Of a stretch of DNA of 64,000 nt, positions 1-12,924 are shown in pieces. The notes under the pieces were generated by a model. It saw only the letters and a list, made by a program, of their open reading frames with translations, had not been told where the DNA came from and ran no database searches. The DNA is from Hypanus sabinus (Eukaryota), in the NCBI RefSeq assembly GCF_030144855.1, contig NC_082722.1, positions 19,902,001 through 19,966,000 of the forward strand, read 5' to 3'. Numbering within the stretch: the stretch's first letter is position 1; every line of letters begins with the position of its first letter. The position numbers and the translations under genes were made by a program.

Positions 1-323
1 ACCTAACTCAATATAAGGAGCAAACATAAAAACGTGTTATGAACCACAACATGTGAGCATATTGTAAGAATAAATTGATGGCTTTCATAGTATTATGAAT
101 CTGATTTGAAATTGCAAAAGAACATTTGCAATGATCGCTATTATGGAGTCACGTCAACGAGAAGGAAATATTTTCCTTCGACTAAATGCTTGGTAGGTAT
201 TATTGCTTCATTATGACGAACAGAAGCAAAGTAAATCAATTCCTAATTGATTCCAACTGTCATCAAGGTACCCAATATGGCTATACACACAATACCTACT
301 CACGTATCAAGAAGTCCCTTCAG

Positions 324-395
324 CAATACTATTCTGGCGGTGAACCATGATACTGAGTCGTATGGTTATCTTCAGAATCGAGTGCAGAGCAAAAA
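324..395 (+). other. Candidate 72-nt mini-exon (NTILAVNHDTESYGYLQNRVQSK) in block X
   Basis: Weak acceptor, strong donor gtaagt, and a DT..Y..L..R..SK resemblance to gene 1 exon 6. The copy at 52100-52172 has a 1-nt insertion. Confidence 0.2.
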
Positions 396-1231
396 GTAAG
401 TAAATAGCTTGAGGTAGATTTTGTAAACAGTATTTCTGAAGTAGCTAAAAGCACAATGTAACTTAGCCTGGAAAAAAAACAACACACTTTAAATGAGAGG
501 GGATAAGATTCACAAAAGATGAAGGTGAATATAATATACAAAACACAATATTAGAATAACGGGTACTGCTACAGACGTTCAGAAAGTATCTTCGGGCGAT
601 CATACTTTGGGTAACAAAATCGATTTGCATCATGATGCAATGTTCATCGAAGACTCATGGATTACCCACCCCCCATCACTTTCCGTTAAGTGTAAGCATA
701 ATTTGATAGGAGGTGAGAATCAAACCAGTTTGGTGAGACAAAACGGTGTCTTTAGTTTCTAAATTTGTTGAGTTAGGAGCAGAATCCTGCAGTACACCAA
801 GCTAATAACATGGTAAATGTGTCAAATCTTACAACTTTGCTAAATAGAGGGAAAAAAAACATTTTGGCTGCATTACATAATTATTTACAAAATATTTACA
901 ATGAACATTTTAACTTCCCTCTGGAATTGCGTTGAACATTTGGCGGGAATACAAATGGCTCCTCAGTTGGAAGTGACTGTGCAAAACTACGGAGCGTGGA
1001 TCTTAATGTGAGAATTTTTGCATATATTCGTATATTGCTAGGAATATGTGGTTTTTACAATACTTGTCATTGAGAAAACAAACATTTTTGACAATGTAAA
1101 TCCTATGGTATTTTACAAAATTTCACAAATTACGAAGTTTGCGAATCTCCATGTCTGGAAATGTAAACAGGTTTCACCCGATCACCCATTTTGCCCAGTC
1201 ACCATTATCTTTGCTTTACGTTCAGGGTCTG

Positions 1232-1901
1232 TGTGCTGTCTTTACGACAGTTATTTAGTTTATAATGTTTTCGCTTAGTAATTCATTCAATAGTATTTTC
1301 TAGTTAGAATTAGAAGTGTTTAAAGTATATTCATTGCATGTAAAATATATCGGCATGCGATGACGTCACATCCGGTTTCGCCGCGTCTTGTGGGAAAATA
1401 CCGGTTTGAAATTAGCGCGAGGGTGGGGGCTTACCACGAGGCTCACCTGAGCAGAAGTTGTTTTGCAGGCATGAGAAATCACAGTGAGAGCAACGCTGTA
1501 AGTTAATAGATAATCGATATATTGAACTAAGATGTTAATGCCGATCCTGTTAGAAGTAACGACGGTAGATAATGTTTATGCATTCGTTAGTTAAAGAGTC
1601 GCGGATAGTTTGCATGGAAGTGTATTTAAATTAGTCAATGGAGCAGGTAAACTCTCCCTGTATACTGCACCTTAGTGTAATGTAGTTATAGTCACCTTTG
1701 CAAGTATTTACACTTGAAATGTGATATTAAGGAAGGAACAAATACTGTATCAATCTTGTATTGTTTTATCAACAGTTTTCACCATATGTTAATGTGAAGA
1801 GTGAACAGTAAATGGTTAATCTTACTGCGATCTGGTTCTCATTAACTGGTTAATCTCGACGTTAAATTCGGCGTTCGTGACACGCGAAGGAGAACGTTAC
1901 A
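1232..1901 (+). mobile_element. Solo LTR of the same BEL family
   Basis: Reverse complement aligns along the whole BEL LTR; TG...CA; perfect 5-bp TSD GTCTG (1227-1231, 1902-1906). Confidence 0.95.
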
Positions 1902-2063
1902 GTCTGTGTTAGACGATAGTCGATGATTTCACTGAAACTAAGATTTAAATTATAAAGGAAAGGAACCGGGAAAATCTAAATATTCTCAACTCCAAAATAG
2001 CAGCACAATTTTTTGCTATATCCAGATAATACCCCGAAAGTTGCAAGAGTACTTCGCCTTCAG

Positions 2064-2117
2064 GTTATACCCATAATGACCGAAGTTAATGCAAAACAGG
2101 AAGACACTGAGACCCAG
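2064..2117 (+). other. Candidate 54-nt phase 0-0 mini-exon (VIPIMTEVNAKQEDTETQ) in block X
   Basis: AG and CAG|gtaaaa flanks, open only in phase 0. Near-identical copy at 53985-54038 (one synonymous and one N-to-T change; donor is GC there). Confidence 0.35.
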
Positions 2118-2895
2118 GTAAAAAGGTCCACCTTTCAATCTTCTAGATATGCGGTGGCAGCTTTTTGATCGAATTTCTTACATATATTGTTAATATAATG
2201 GAGAAAATATATTAAGATAATTTTGAAATCTATGTTAATGTAATTGTGAAATACCCAATTATTCATAAAGTGTTTGTGAATATAATCCACAAAAATTATA
2301 AACGTACTACAACTTGGACCGCTGAGAAAAACGCAATATGAGTGCATCTGGCAATCACAGTCTCCGACAAGGCCGCTGCCACCTTGAAAAGGAAAGACAT
2401 CAGAGAGAATAATTTTTAGTAGCCTACGTTCCCTATTGGCGGTGTATTGACGAGTGTTGGGGCATCATTTGACTCTGTACCTTTGGCTTGGCCGCACTTG
2501 GAGCGTTGCGTGCTCTTCTGGACACCACAAGATAGAATGCACACGGTGGAGCTAGAAATATTGCAGAATGCATTCATTGGGATATTCCCTGGAATGGGTG
2601 TTTTTGGAATGCATCTCAAAGAATTCATTTGCACTCTTGTTTTTTTAACACGACACTTCGGTTGCACAAAATGAATATAGAATAAGCGTGTGATTTCTAA
2701 GACTTTGTTCTCAACTAAATGTTTTTTAGTGTACTCTGTAATGTCCGTGTTTCGATTCTGTGACGTGTGCAATCCGGAGAGAAAAATGAGAAGCGTCATC
2801 AAAACGTTAGGCGAAAGTTAACACGGCGACCTGCTGTAAGGCTTGGCTCGAAAGTCCGGAAGTGACTTCTCCACTCTGTATCTTAATCTATAAAC

Positions 2896-2915
2896 GAATG
2901 AATGAATGAATGAAT
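2896..2915 (+). repeat. (GAAT)5 microsatellite
   Basis: Read directly. Confidence 0.9.
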
Positions 2916-3636
2916 AAATAATACATTCCGCACACTGGATGTCCTCAAAAACAGAGGAAAGATAGGGATCAACAGCCGGTGACAGTGGGCGAAACAGAAA
3001 AGTGAATACTAAACGGTAACCCGATGAAAAGCCATAAATCTAAGGCTTTAGCTTTGTTTCTCACCCTTGGTTCTCCCGATAATCTTTTACATTATAACAG
3101 AAAGTATTATGGGATTTGCAGTCCTTGCAAGACGTTTGTAAAATTGCTCTTTAAACTATGTCAACGATCCTAATGGCTGGGGGAAGATTCTTTGTAATAA
3201 AACCATGTACGTGAATGATGTTACAAAATTCATGGGGTTACATCAATAGTCCGATCCATCTCTTGAGAAAAATAGTCCCACAACCTCCGGTGTTCACTTG
3301 GACTGTGAAATCGAAATCGATGTAAAAGGGTGAGTTTTTATTTGGTAAATTTAAAGGTTCCTATACACAACAGGGAAAAATTGTTTTCTTAGTTATCAGT
3401 ACTTTCAAAGACGTAAATACATTTTCAGCACAAATTTCAATTAACAAGCTTCTGTAGAATTAAAAACAATTTGGCTAATATTTGTAAAGTGTATTTTAAA
3501 CTCATAAGACAGGCGTACATCCTTTTACCGTCGAATGCGATTCCCAACATTCCCTTCTAGTCAGAGAATATGCCTTGCAGTTCTGAACTCTATGTAGGTA
3601 CTCTTGCAACGAAATTCATTTCATAGGTGTGGTTCC

Positions 3637-3835
3637 NNNNNNNNNNNNNNNNNNNNNNNNNNNNNNNNNNNNNNNNNNNNNNNNNNNNNNNNNNNNNNNN
3701 NNNNNNNNNNNNNNNNNNNNNNNNNNNNNNNNNNNNNNNNNNNNNNNNNNNNNNNNNNNNNNNNNNNNNNNNNNNNNNNNNNNNNNNNNNNNNNNNNNNN
3801 NNNNNNNNNNNNNNNNNNNNNNNNNNNNNNNNNNN
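3637..3835. other. N-gap, 199 nt
   Basis: Run of n. Confidence 1.
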
Positions 3836-4270
3836 CGTTGTTCGGGGAGAGTTTGTAGCTGATTATCGCGTCGGAGAACTCAAGAAGCAGCGACGCAGCA
3901 GGCTTTCACACCGTAATTCAACGAGTTGTTTGCTTTTGGTGCTCACTTCCCTCGCTGCGTGACACCTCTCTATCCATTTATTTGGGAGAAAGAGAAAGAT
4001 GGGGCAGGTTGTACTGGTTGGCTGGGCGATTAGTTTTTTCTGTACTGCAGATCATAGCCTTTATTGAGGTCTTTGCTGTGTTTTCTTGCTGGGGTAGTGG
4101 TAACGGAGGGTTGCTGCTTGTTCGTGGAAGGGGGCGAGAAGGACTTGGGGTTCTAACTTGTCTGTTGTTATTGATTGTTTAGGGTGCTCTTCCGCTTTCT
4201 TGATGTCAGCGAAGGCCAAGGATGTCCGCTTGTATATTTTATGCATTCTCTGATATTAAATAGGAAGTAT
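3836..4270 (+). repeat. Unclassified interspersed repeat directly after N-gap 1; homologous copy at 32216-32670 after N-gap 2
   Basis: The two copies align (gggagagttt, tcggagaactc, caacgagttg, atgcattctctgatattaaa). Confidence 0.6.
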
Positions 4271-4819
4271 TGAACTACAGGACCATTAAAAACCCCAGTT
4301 GGTCGCGTTTAGCTGCGTTTGGATATTGCCACAATAATTTTTTTCTACCCATGTTACAATCCAAATGTACTTCACACATTGGAATTGTAACCACCTCAAG
4401 AGATTCATCTGGTACTCTGTTCCATTTACCAAACCTCTTTTGTTGAAAAACTTGCTGTAACTTGCCCTCATTTTAAATATTTTCTGTCTCGCCTGGAATC
4501 GATGTATTCCCATTTTCAGTTAACCAGTTCTGAGTAAAAGACTGTGATCATGCTCCTGCCTACGCCCTTCCTGATATTACATATATATGATCACTGCGCA
4601 ACCACCTGTGCTCCAGGGATGAATAGCCCCAGTCTCTTCCTACAGTTAAAAGCACGCTGTCCTACTAACATACTTGTCAGATTTTTCTGCACCGACTCAA
4701 GATTCATCTCATCTTTTTTATAGTTGGCAATCAAAACACACAGCGTATTTTCACCAACGAATGCACAACATATTGTTTCACCAACGATTTATACAGTTGA
4801 ACATGACGTCCCAGATCCT

Positions 4820-5600
4820 GTACTCATTGCCACAACTTGCACTCAACGTCAGCGAAACGAAAGAGATGCTTGTCGACTTCAGAAAAGGTAAGACGAAAGA
4901 ATACACACCAATCCTCTTAGAGGAATCAGAATAGGAGAGAATGATCAGTTTCAAGACCCTGGGCGTTAAGCTCGCTAAGGATATGGTCCCAACATATCGA
5001 TGCTGCTATAAAGAAGGGACTATACTTTATTAATGTTTGAAAAGATGTGGTCTACAGAAACACGCAAAAATTTCCATACTGTAGAAATACTATACTGTTC
5101 TGTACTGTGCTGTGGACAGCATTCTGACAGGCCTCGTCAGTGTCTGGCATTGTGTGGGGAGGGGTGGGCTGCTGCACAGGACCGAAAGAAGTTGCAGATG
5201 GTCGGAAAATTTAGTCGGCTTCATCTTGCATATAAGCCGACGAAGTACTCAGGAAATCTTCAAGGAGCAGTGTTGCAGAAAGGTAGCGTCCATTGTTAAG
5301 TATCTCCTGCTCCCAAAACACGCCATTTTCCCACTGTTATCCTCAGCTAGGAGGAGCAGAAGCCTGAAGGCACACACTATGCGATTCGGGAACAGCTTCT
5401 TCCCCTCTGCCATCCAATTCCTAAATGAATATTGTACCCGTGAATAGTACCAATTTTTAAATATATATTATTTCTATCTTGCACGTTTTTTAAAATCTAT
5501 TTAATATGTGCAAAATCTATTAGATTTATTTATTTCCCTTTCTCTAGATTATGTATTGCATTGATCTGCTGCTGCTAAATTAACAGATTTCACGATGCAT
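4820..5600 (+). mobile_element. Rex1/Babar-like LINE 3' fragment
   Basis: LNVSETKEMLVDFRK (ORF 4674-4934) and RFGNSFFPSAIQFLN (5112-5447). Its paralogue at about 33230-33728 plus 41034-41330 is split by the BEL element. Confidence 0.75.
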
Positions 5601-6539
5601 GCCAGTGAGAATAAACCTGACTGTGACACTGTTTTGATTCAATGGTGACAAACAACGTCTTCTCTATCGATAACTTTACAAATCAACGTCCATCTCTAAC
5701 GATAATTTTACAGATTAACGTGCCTGTACCGCTAAGGCATCGTGTTCTACTTCAACGCCCAGGGATATAAATCTACTGCGCAGTTTCTGCCGTAGCTTAA
5801 CTAACCAAAAAGCAACGAACCAATATTTGCAAATATCCGTGTTAAAATCTATCTGCAATTGCTTGGCCCACTCTCCTCGTTAGTCGTATTAGTTAACTGT
5901 CACTGTCTGGTATGTCACTAATTCTGCTGCATCCTGAAATTTATAACAACCTAAAATACTATTAACTAAATACTTCAGTGATGTCACACAATACTGGAAT
6001 CAGGACGTACCTGTTCAATATATCTGTAGTTGCAAGCCTTTACTCTTAGTATCATATCTCCACTATCACCGCTTGATTCCCTAATAAACCAATATTGTTT
6101 TCCAGTGTTCATTTGGCTGGCTCACACTGGCTCCCGTGTCACCCAGCATTCTATACTAGACTGTCATACGGGACCTTGCAAAATTGAATTTAGATATAGC
6201 CTGCTGCCCTCCACTTAGCAATTTTCTGCACAGCCTCTTCAAGACAATGAATCAGATCTGTGAGAGAGGATTCCACATGGAAACCCATTGTGACATTCCC
6301 GTTTACACTCTTTGCCTTTCCAAACTGTGACAGATTTTGTCCCTCATTCAGTATCTTTTCCCGGCACCAGTAATTGGCTCGCTACCTGTACTTGCTGGCC
6401 TTCTTAACCGAATGCGCATTAGCCGCTTTTCAGTGCTCCGGTAGCAAAATGCTGCTTAAAGACAGCACTGATATCTCTGATATTTAAAACGAGAACTTCG
6501 CGGAATTGATCTATTGTGCGGGGCCTATCAGCGGCAGCA

Positions 6540-9500
6540 ACTGAGCTCGATGAACTAAAGTTAAGCGAAGCGGCCAGTTGAGAGAATAGATGCAACATGC
6601 TTTGGCTCATTCAGGCTTCCGCGAGGTAAGTGGGAGGACTTCGTGTTTGCTTTTTCTTTACATTTTTGAGGCATAACTTTACATTTTTTGAACATGTTGG
6701 TAGGGTTAGTAGTTTGCTCTGGGTGTTAGATGTGGGAATAGCGGGAACATTCCAGTCTCCCAGATGGCCACATCTGCACCCAGTGCACCGAATGTAGCTC
6801 CAGGCAGATCACGGTAGGGAGCTGGAGCTGCGACTCGATGAGCTTCGGCTTATTAGGGAAAATGAACAGGAGGTAGAGCTACAGGGAGTTAGTCACCCCG
6901 AGGCAGCAGGAGTAAGATAAGTGAGTGACGGTTAGGGAAGCGAAGGGCAGAGTTCAGATAAAAAATGAGCGTCCGTGTGACCTGACAGAGGACGACCATG
7001 ATAATCGGGTCTGTGGCACTGAGCCTGGCTCCGTAGTACAGGAGGGAATGGGAAAGATGATGAATGCGGTAGTCATAGGGGATTACATAGTGAGGGAACA
7101 GACAGGAGGTTCTGCCAGCCTGATAGAGGTACCAGCATGGTGTGATGCCTCCCATGTGCTAGGGTACGGGGTGTCTCGGATCGGGTGCAGAGTATTCTGA
7201 AGGGAGAGGGAGAACAGCCTGAAGTCCTGGTACACATTGGTATGAATGACAAATGTAGAAAAAGGGAGGAGATGCCAAGAGAAATTTCAGGGAGTTAGGT
7301 AGAATGCAAGTCACCTCGGGCAGTAATCTCAGGATTGTTGTCTGTGCCACGTGCTACCGAGTGCAAAAATAGCATGTTCAGGCCTATTAACGTGTGGTGG
7401 AGAAACTGGTGTAGGCGGCAGGGCTTCAGATTCCTGGATCAATGGGGCCTCTTCTGCGGGAGATACGGCCTGTACAAATTGGGCGCTTACACCTGATCCC
7501 AAAGGCGTCCAATATCCAAGCAGTCACATTTAATACAGCTGATAGGGAGCGTTTAAATTCATTTGGCGGGGTGGGGGCGGGAGAAGCTGAATGATAGGAT
7601 TGAGGAAGGGGAAAACAGAAATAAATCAAAGATAGCGTGCAACAGAGATTATACAAAGGACAGGCAGGAGATGAGGCTTATTCACAACCAGTGGCATGAG
7701 TTACAGCGCAATAGAGGAGTCTTCCAGTTAAAACAGAAAGCAACAAATATTGGACTGAAAGTGTTATATTTGAATGCACGCAGCATACAGAATAAAACGG
7801 GCGAGCTTGAAATTCAGTTACAGAGTGGCAAATATGATGTTGTGCCAGCTCTGAAACTTGGCGAAAGGATAGCTGCAATTGGGAGACTAACGTCCAAGGA
7901 TATACAGTGTATCCGAAAGACAGATTAGTAGGCAGAGGGTGTGGTGTGGCTCTGTCTATAAAAATCATATTAAATCATTAGAAAGAGATGACATACGATT
8001 CTAAGTTTAGAGTCTCTGCTGCTTGAGTTAAGAAATGGCAAGTGTAAAAGGACCCTAAAGGCAGTTGCATACAGACCTCCAAACGGCAACCGGTATGGGG
8101 CATTCAAATTACAGAGAGATAGAAAAAGCGTCTCAGAAACACAATGTCATGATAATCAATGGGGCTCTTAACATGAAAGTGGATTGAGAAAACCAACTCA
8201 GCACTGGACCTCAAGAGGAAGAATTTGTGGAATGTCCAAGAGATGTTTTTTTTTAGAACAGCTTGTTGTTGACCCCACTATGGGATTGGCTGTGCTGGAT
8301 TGGGTGTAGTGCAATGATCATAAAGTGATAAGTGAGCTAAAGGTTAAGGAATCCTTAAGCATGAGTGATCACAATATAATCATATAACAACCATGTAGCA
8401 ATTACAGCACGAAAAAAGGGCATCTCGGCCTTTTTAGTCCGTGCCGACGCTTACACTCACCTATTCCCACTGGCCCGCACTCAGCCTATAACCCTCCGTT
8501 CCTTTTCTGTCCATATACCTATCCAATTTTACTTTAAATAACAATACCGAACCTGTCTCTACCACTTCTAGAGGAAGTTCATTCCACACAGCTACCACTC
8601 TCTGAGTAAAGAAATTCCCCCTTGTGTTACCCTTAAACCTTTGCCCCGTAACTCTAAAATCATGTCCTCTTGTTTGAATCTCCCCTACTCTCAACGGAAA
8701 AAGCCTATCCACGTCAACTCGATCTATCCCCCTCATTATTTTAAATACCTCTATCAAGTCCCCCCTCAACCTTCTACGCTCCAAAGAATAAAGCATTAAC
8801 TTGTTCAACCTTTCTCTGTCACTTAGGTCCTGAAACACAGGTTACATTCTTGTTATAATATGATCGAGGTCACAGTGAAATTTCAGACAGAAAAATAAAA
8901 TACAATGTGTCGGTATTTCAGTGGAATAAATGAAATTACAATGACATGAATGGCGATCTGGTTAAATTTGATTGGATAGGGCATTTGCAAGAAGGACAAC
9001 TGAGCAGCAATGGCTGGAGTTGAGAAAAATGAGGGAAGTGCAAGACAGATATATTCCAAATAAGAAGATACTTTCAAAGGTAGTAAGGACATTACCATGG
9101 CTAAAAAGGGAAGTCAGAGCCAAGATAAAAACAAAAGATAGGGCGTACAAGGAAGCCAGAGCTAGTGGAAAGATAAAAGATAGAGAAGCTTTTCAATACT
9201 CACAGAAGGAAACTAAGAAGATCATTAGGAAGGAAAAGATAAATTCTGAAAGGAAGCTGGCGAGTAATATCAAAGAAGATACTAAACTTTTTAAAAAAGT
9301 AAATGAAAGGTTACATGCAGTCGAGGGTAGATATAGGGCCAATACAAAATTATGCTGGCGATATTGTAATGATAAATGCAGAAGTGATAGAGCAACTGAA
9401 TGCGTATTGTGTGTCAGTCTTCACACTGGAAGACTTTTGAGGTATACCGGACAATCAAGAGTGTCAGGGAAATGGCGTTCGTGCAGTGAAAATAACGATT

Positions 9501-9645
9501 GAGAAGGTCCTCACGAAGCTTAATGATCTCAGGGTGGATAAATCTCCTGGTACTGATGGAATGCACCCCCGGGTTCTGAAGGAAGGAGCTGACGAGATTC
9601 CGGAGGGATTAACGATGATCTTTCAAGAATCGATAGAATCTGGCA
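6540..9645 (+). mobile_element. CR1 LINE 5' part (ORF1 esterase-like remnant, ORF2 endonuclease), interrupted by a younger CR1
   Basis: AVVIGDYIVR (ORF 6925-7200), LYLNARSI (7563-7928), ORF 8972-9502; paralogous to 42880-44877. Confidence 0.8.
8385..8850 (-). mobile_element. CR1 LINE 3' end
   Basis: ORF 8461-8838 (SLERRRLRGDLIEVFKI, FFTQRVVAVWNELP); absent at the homologous site near 44790. Confidence 0.92.
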
Positions 9646-12600
9646 TTAGAAACATAGAAATATAGGAAACCTATAGCACAATAAAGGACCTTCTGCCCAC
9701 AAACGTGTACCAAACATGTCCTTACCCTGTTATTTTCTTGAATCACAAAGTCACAAAAGCGGACCAATTCAGCAAGCAAATGTGAAGTGCTGTTGATATT
9801 TTCTAAAATATGATTCATAACGTATTCATTGTCAGCTCATTTCATCATTGTTCCAGCCCTGTAACATTATTTGGTAGCACTGTAGAATATCCTGCATAAA
9901 AATCAACAGAGCTTTCTAAAGATGATAGAAAAGCACGCAAGTGCACGACATTGCCAAATGCTCTTCTGGCAATTATTTCTTAATTCACTCTTTGTAAAAG
10001 CAAATTTCAGAAGCAGTGGATACAGTAAATGTGTGTATCAATGTGTATGCCTGTTTGAGCGCTCATTCCCGAATGAATATTGCACATTTTAATAAATATA
10101 TATTGAAATTTAGCATACAATTTTTTCTCCATTATTCTTATCAATGTCTTAGGTGTTACTTAACTGACTCAAATGGAGAAAGATGTTCATGTCACAGAAT
10201 GATGTGAAATAAATAGATTTCTGCGGCCAAATAATTGAGTGACCCGTTGTCAACATAAGAAGAAAACAACAAATAAGTGATGTTAGCATCTCGTAAGCAT
10301 TCACTGAATTGTAGTCCCTTCCACACGGAAACAGGTATATAAGGGTATTGAATTCACTTATTAAAGGTTCATGATAGCGCCGTGTGTAACCTAAATATAA
10401 TAACAGCAAATAAAGTTGTTCCCTCGTAAGGCAAGTTTTAATTCTGCGAACCTGCTGGACTGCAAAGGTAGCATTTTATTGTCCTTTACGGTGGAGACCT
10501 CTGGCCTGGTAACTCAACGGAGATACAGTGACCGTACTATATTTACAAATCGGAATGCAGGTGGGAGAGCAGTGAGTCCCCATTGGCCATCTTTGTACTT
10601 TGCACTTGGTGAATGGAACGTACAGATGACGGGGATTGAAATAACATTGTTTATTCAGAGAATACCCTTTCTGCATGATGATGAGAGGCAACATTTTTTT
10701 CAGACCCAAAGTATTACATCCGTCTATAGACGATGATGCATCGATGATTCAGAATGAAGCGGATCTCTCCAGAGAGGTATAATCCTCGTCTGTAATGAAC
10801 ACACCATGAAGCTTTTGTACAGCAAGATTCAACTTTACCATGATCCAAAGCTATACATAAGTCTCGAATCAATGGTAATACCGAAATGTTGACAGTGGGG
10901 AGATGCCTAACACAGCAGAAATTGCAGAAGGTTATGGGCACAGCTCAGTTCATCAGGAAACTAACCTACCATCTCTGTAGTCTGTATACACTTGGTATCA
11001 CTGTTCCCACTCATCTGCGAGGGTGCGACCCACGTGGTAACTGAAGTAAGCCCACACACGTATCATTTGTTGCTGATATAATTTTGAAATCTACGTAAAT
11101 AATATAATTATGAAATACCCTTTAATTAGTTGTGTTGCAGTATATTGAACCATTATAGCGTAACATTTTTATAGTTGTAACGTACTTACATTGTCAGTGT
11201 TTAACGTTGCAACGCTTTTAGATATTCTAATAATAAGCTCAGAATGGAAGTCGGTAGATCATTGTAAACAAACCACCAGTCCGTACATAATCATTTTACA
11301 ACTCGTGGCAAAATTTCCTTCTTGGAGGAATTGTTCCTCCTTGCTGCAGTTAAAAAATAAATAGAGGTAACGTTGCTTCCCTCCCCCTCAGAAAAGAAAC
11401 AAGGCTCATCAAGGGCATATGGTTTCGGTCCGAACCGTTGATATTTTATAACTATCCATATATCAGGGTATCTAACCTTTTCATGCCATGGACGCCCACC
11501 TTTAACCGAGGTTGGGAGCCCCTATCAGAGATGGATCTTGACCTGCTGAATTCCTCCAGCATTTTGTGTTTGTTACTCTGGATTTCAGAATATCTTGTGC
11601 TAATGCTTTTCGTTGTCGAGAATAGCGACAGGATATACTGAGGGATCTTAGAAGCGTTGATGCACAAGGAGATTTTAGTGTGCACTTAACGACGACACAT
11701 CAGGATCCAGATAAGAAGGCGTTTAGCCTTCTTGCCCTCTTGGCAGCATTTTGACAAGAGCTGAAACACCACGTTCTACCGGTAGACAACGGCGAGGCCG
11801 TCTTTCCTGGTGAGAGTTTGAATGATTGCAATAGTGACTCTCTGGGATGGATCGCTTTAATGGCACGGAAAGATTGGATAGACTTGGACTGTTTACTCTG
11901 CAGTACAGATGCCTGAGGGATAACTTTATAAATTTTAAAAATTCAATTATTAGGAAAATTAATATACAAGATTCTCAAAGCCCATTTCTCAAGACAGGGG
12001 ATCCAAATCTAGAAGACACAACTGTGAACTGAGTGAGAAACTATTTAAAGGGGAGCTGGGCATGGCATGGTTTTCAGACACAGGACGGCAGGTATGTAGA
12101 ACAAGTTGTTAAAGGAAGTGGTACCGTGCTGCAGGCAGGTGCAAAAACGGGTACGTAAATATTTCGTTCTGAATGGATGAAACGTGTTGAAAAGCCCTCT
12201 TTCGTGATGTACTCCAGGATTCAATATTTTCTTTCAGCTAAAGATCTACAACAAACTCCTCGTGCAGGTTAACAGGAAATTACAAATTGCAGAGAATAGA
12301 AATACACTAACGGGCCCGCTGATGATATCACGGAACGACTTTGTGGTTAAAATGTACGTGTGTCTCAGAAATCGATTTGCGGACTGTTGGCTTTATTTTT
12401 AAAGCTCGACATTTAGGTTACAGTCTATGGATTTTTTAATATATATAAAGGAACTTCAAAGCCTCTCCTATGCTACTGAATGTTTCTAATATTTTTCTTC
12501 GATATCCGTGTTTCGATTCTACGGCGTGTGCATTCTAGGAAGAGAAAAAATGAGAAACTTCATCACAATGTTAAATAAAAAAGAGGTTTAAGTTTAATAT

Positions 12601-12924
12601 TTAACCGTATCAAATGTTGACAGCCTTCCAAGCGTGAATGGTTACACTATGAGCGAGTATTTGGAAAATGATTGCCGTTTATTTTCATTAAAGGACGAAA
12701 ATAATGAAATGTGGTCGGATATTGACGTCAGATCGCGTACTGAAACAAAGAAGTGGCCGTTCTATGAATAAAACTATATTATTTATGTAATTAATTTCAA
12801 TACTCTGCTAGACTATAGACTGACATAGCTATGTAAATGAATTTGAAGATGGGTGAAGATATTAGCCTTTTTCGAATCAAAAATGTTTATCTAAATAGAA
12901 GGAACAATTGCCTGAGAGGCGAAA

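Larger units (their letters stand above)
1..2170 (+). repeat. Duplicated block X, paralogous to about 51775-54095
   Basis: Collinear alignment of non-TE sequence; about 93% identity over 143-260 by hand count. Confidence 0.9.
2990..8380 (+). repeat. Duplicated block Y1
   Basis: Collinear with 31365-44877 (Y3) and, more distantly, with 14045-16420 (Y2). Confidence 0.85.

Noticed and set aside
2991-3006. ISRE/IRF-like GAAACAGAAAAGTGAA and nearby CCGGAAGT
   Set aside because: Not retained in Y2 or Y3 and not near an identified transcription start.
3604-3962. ORFs running through the N-gaps (also 32000-32371)
   Set aside because: Artefacts of translating n as X.
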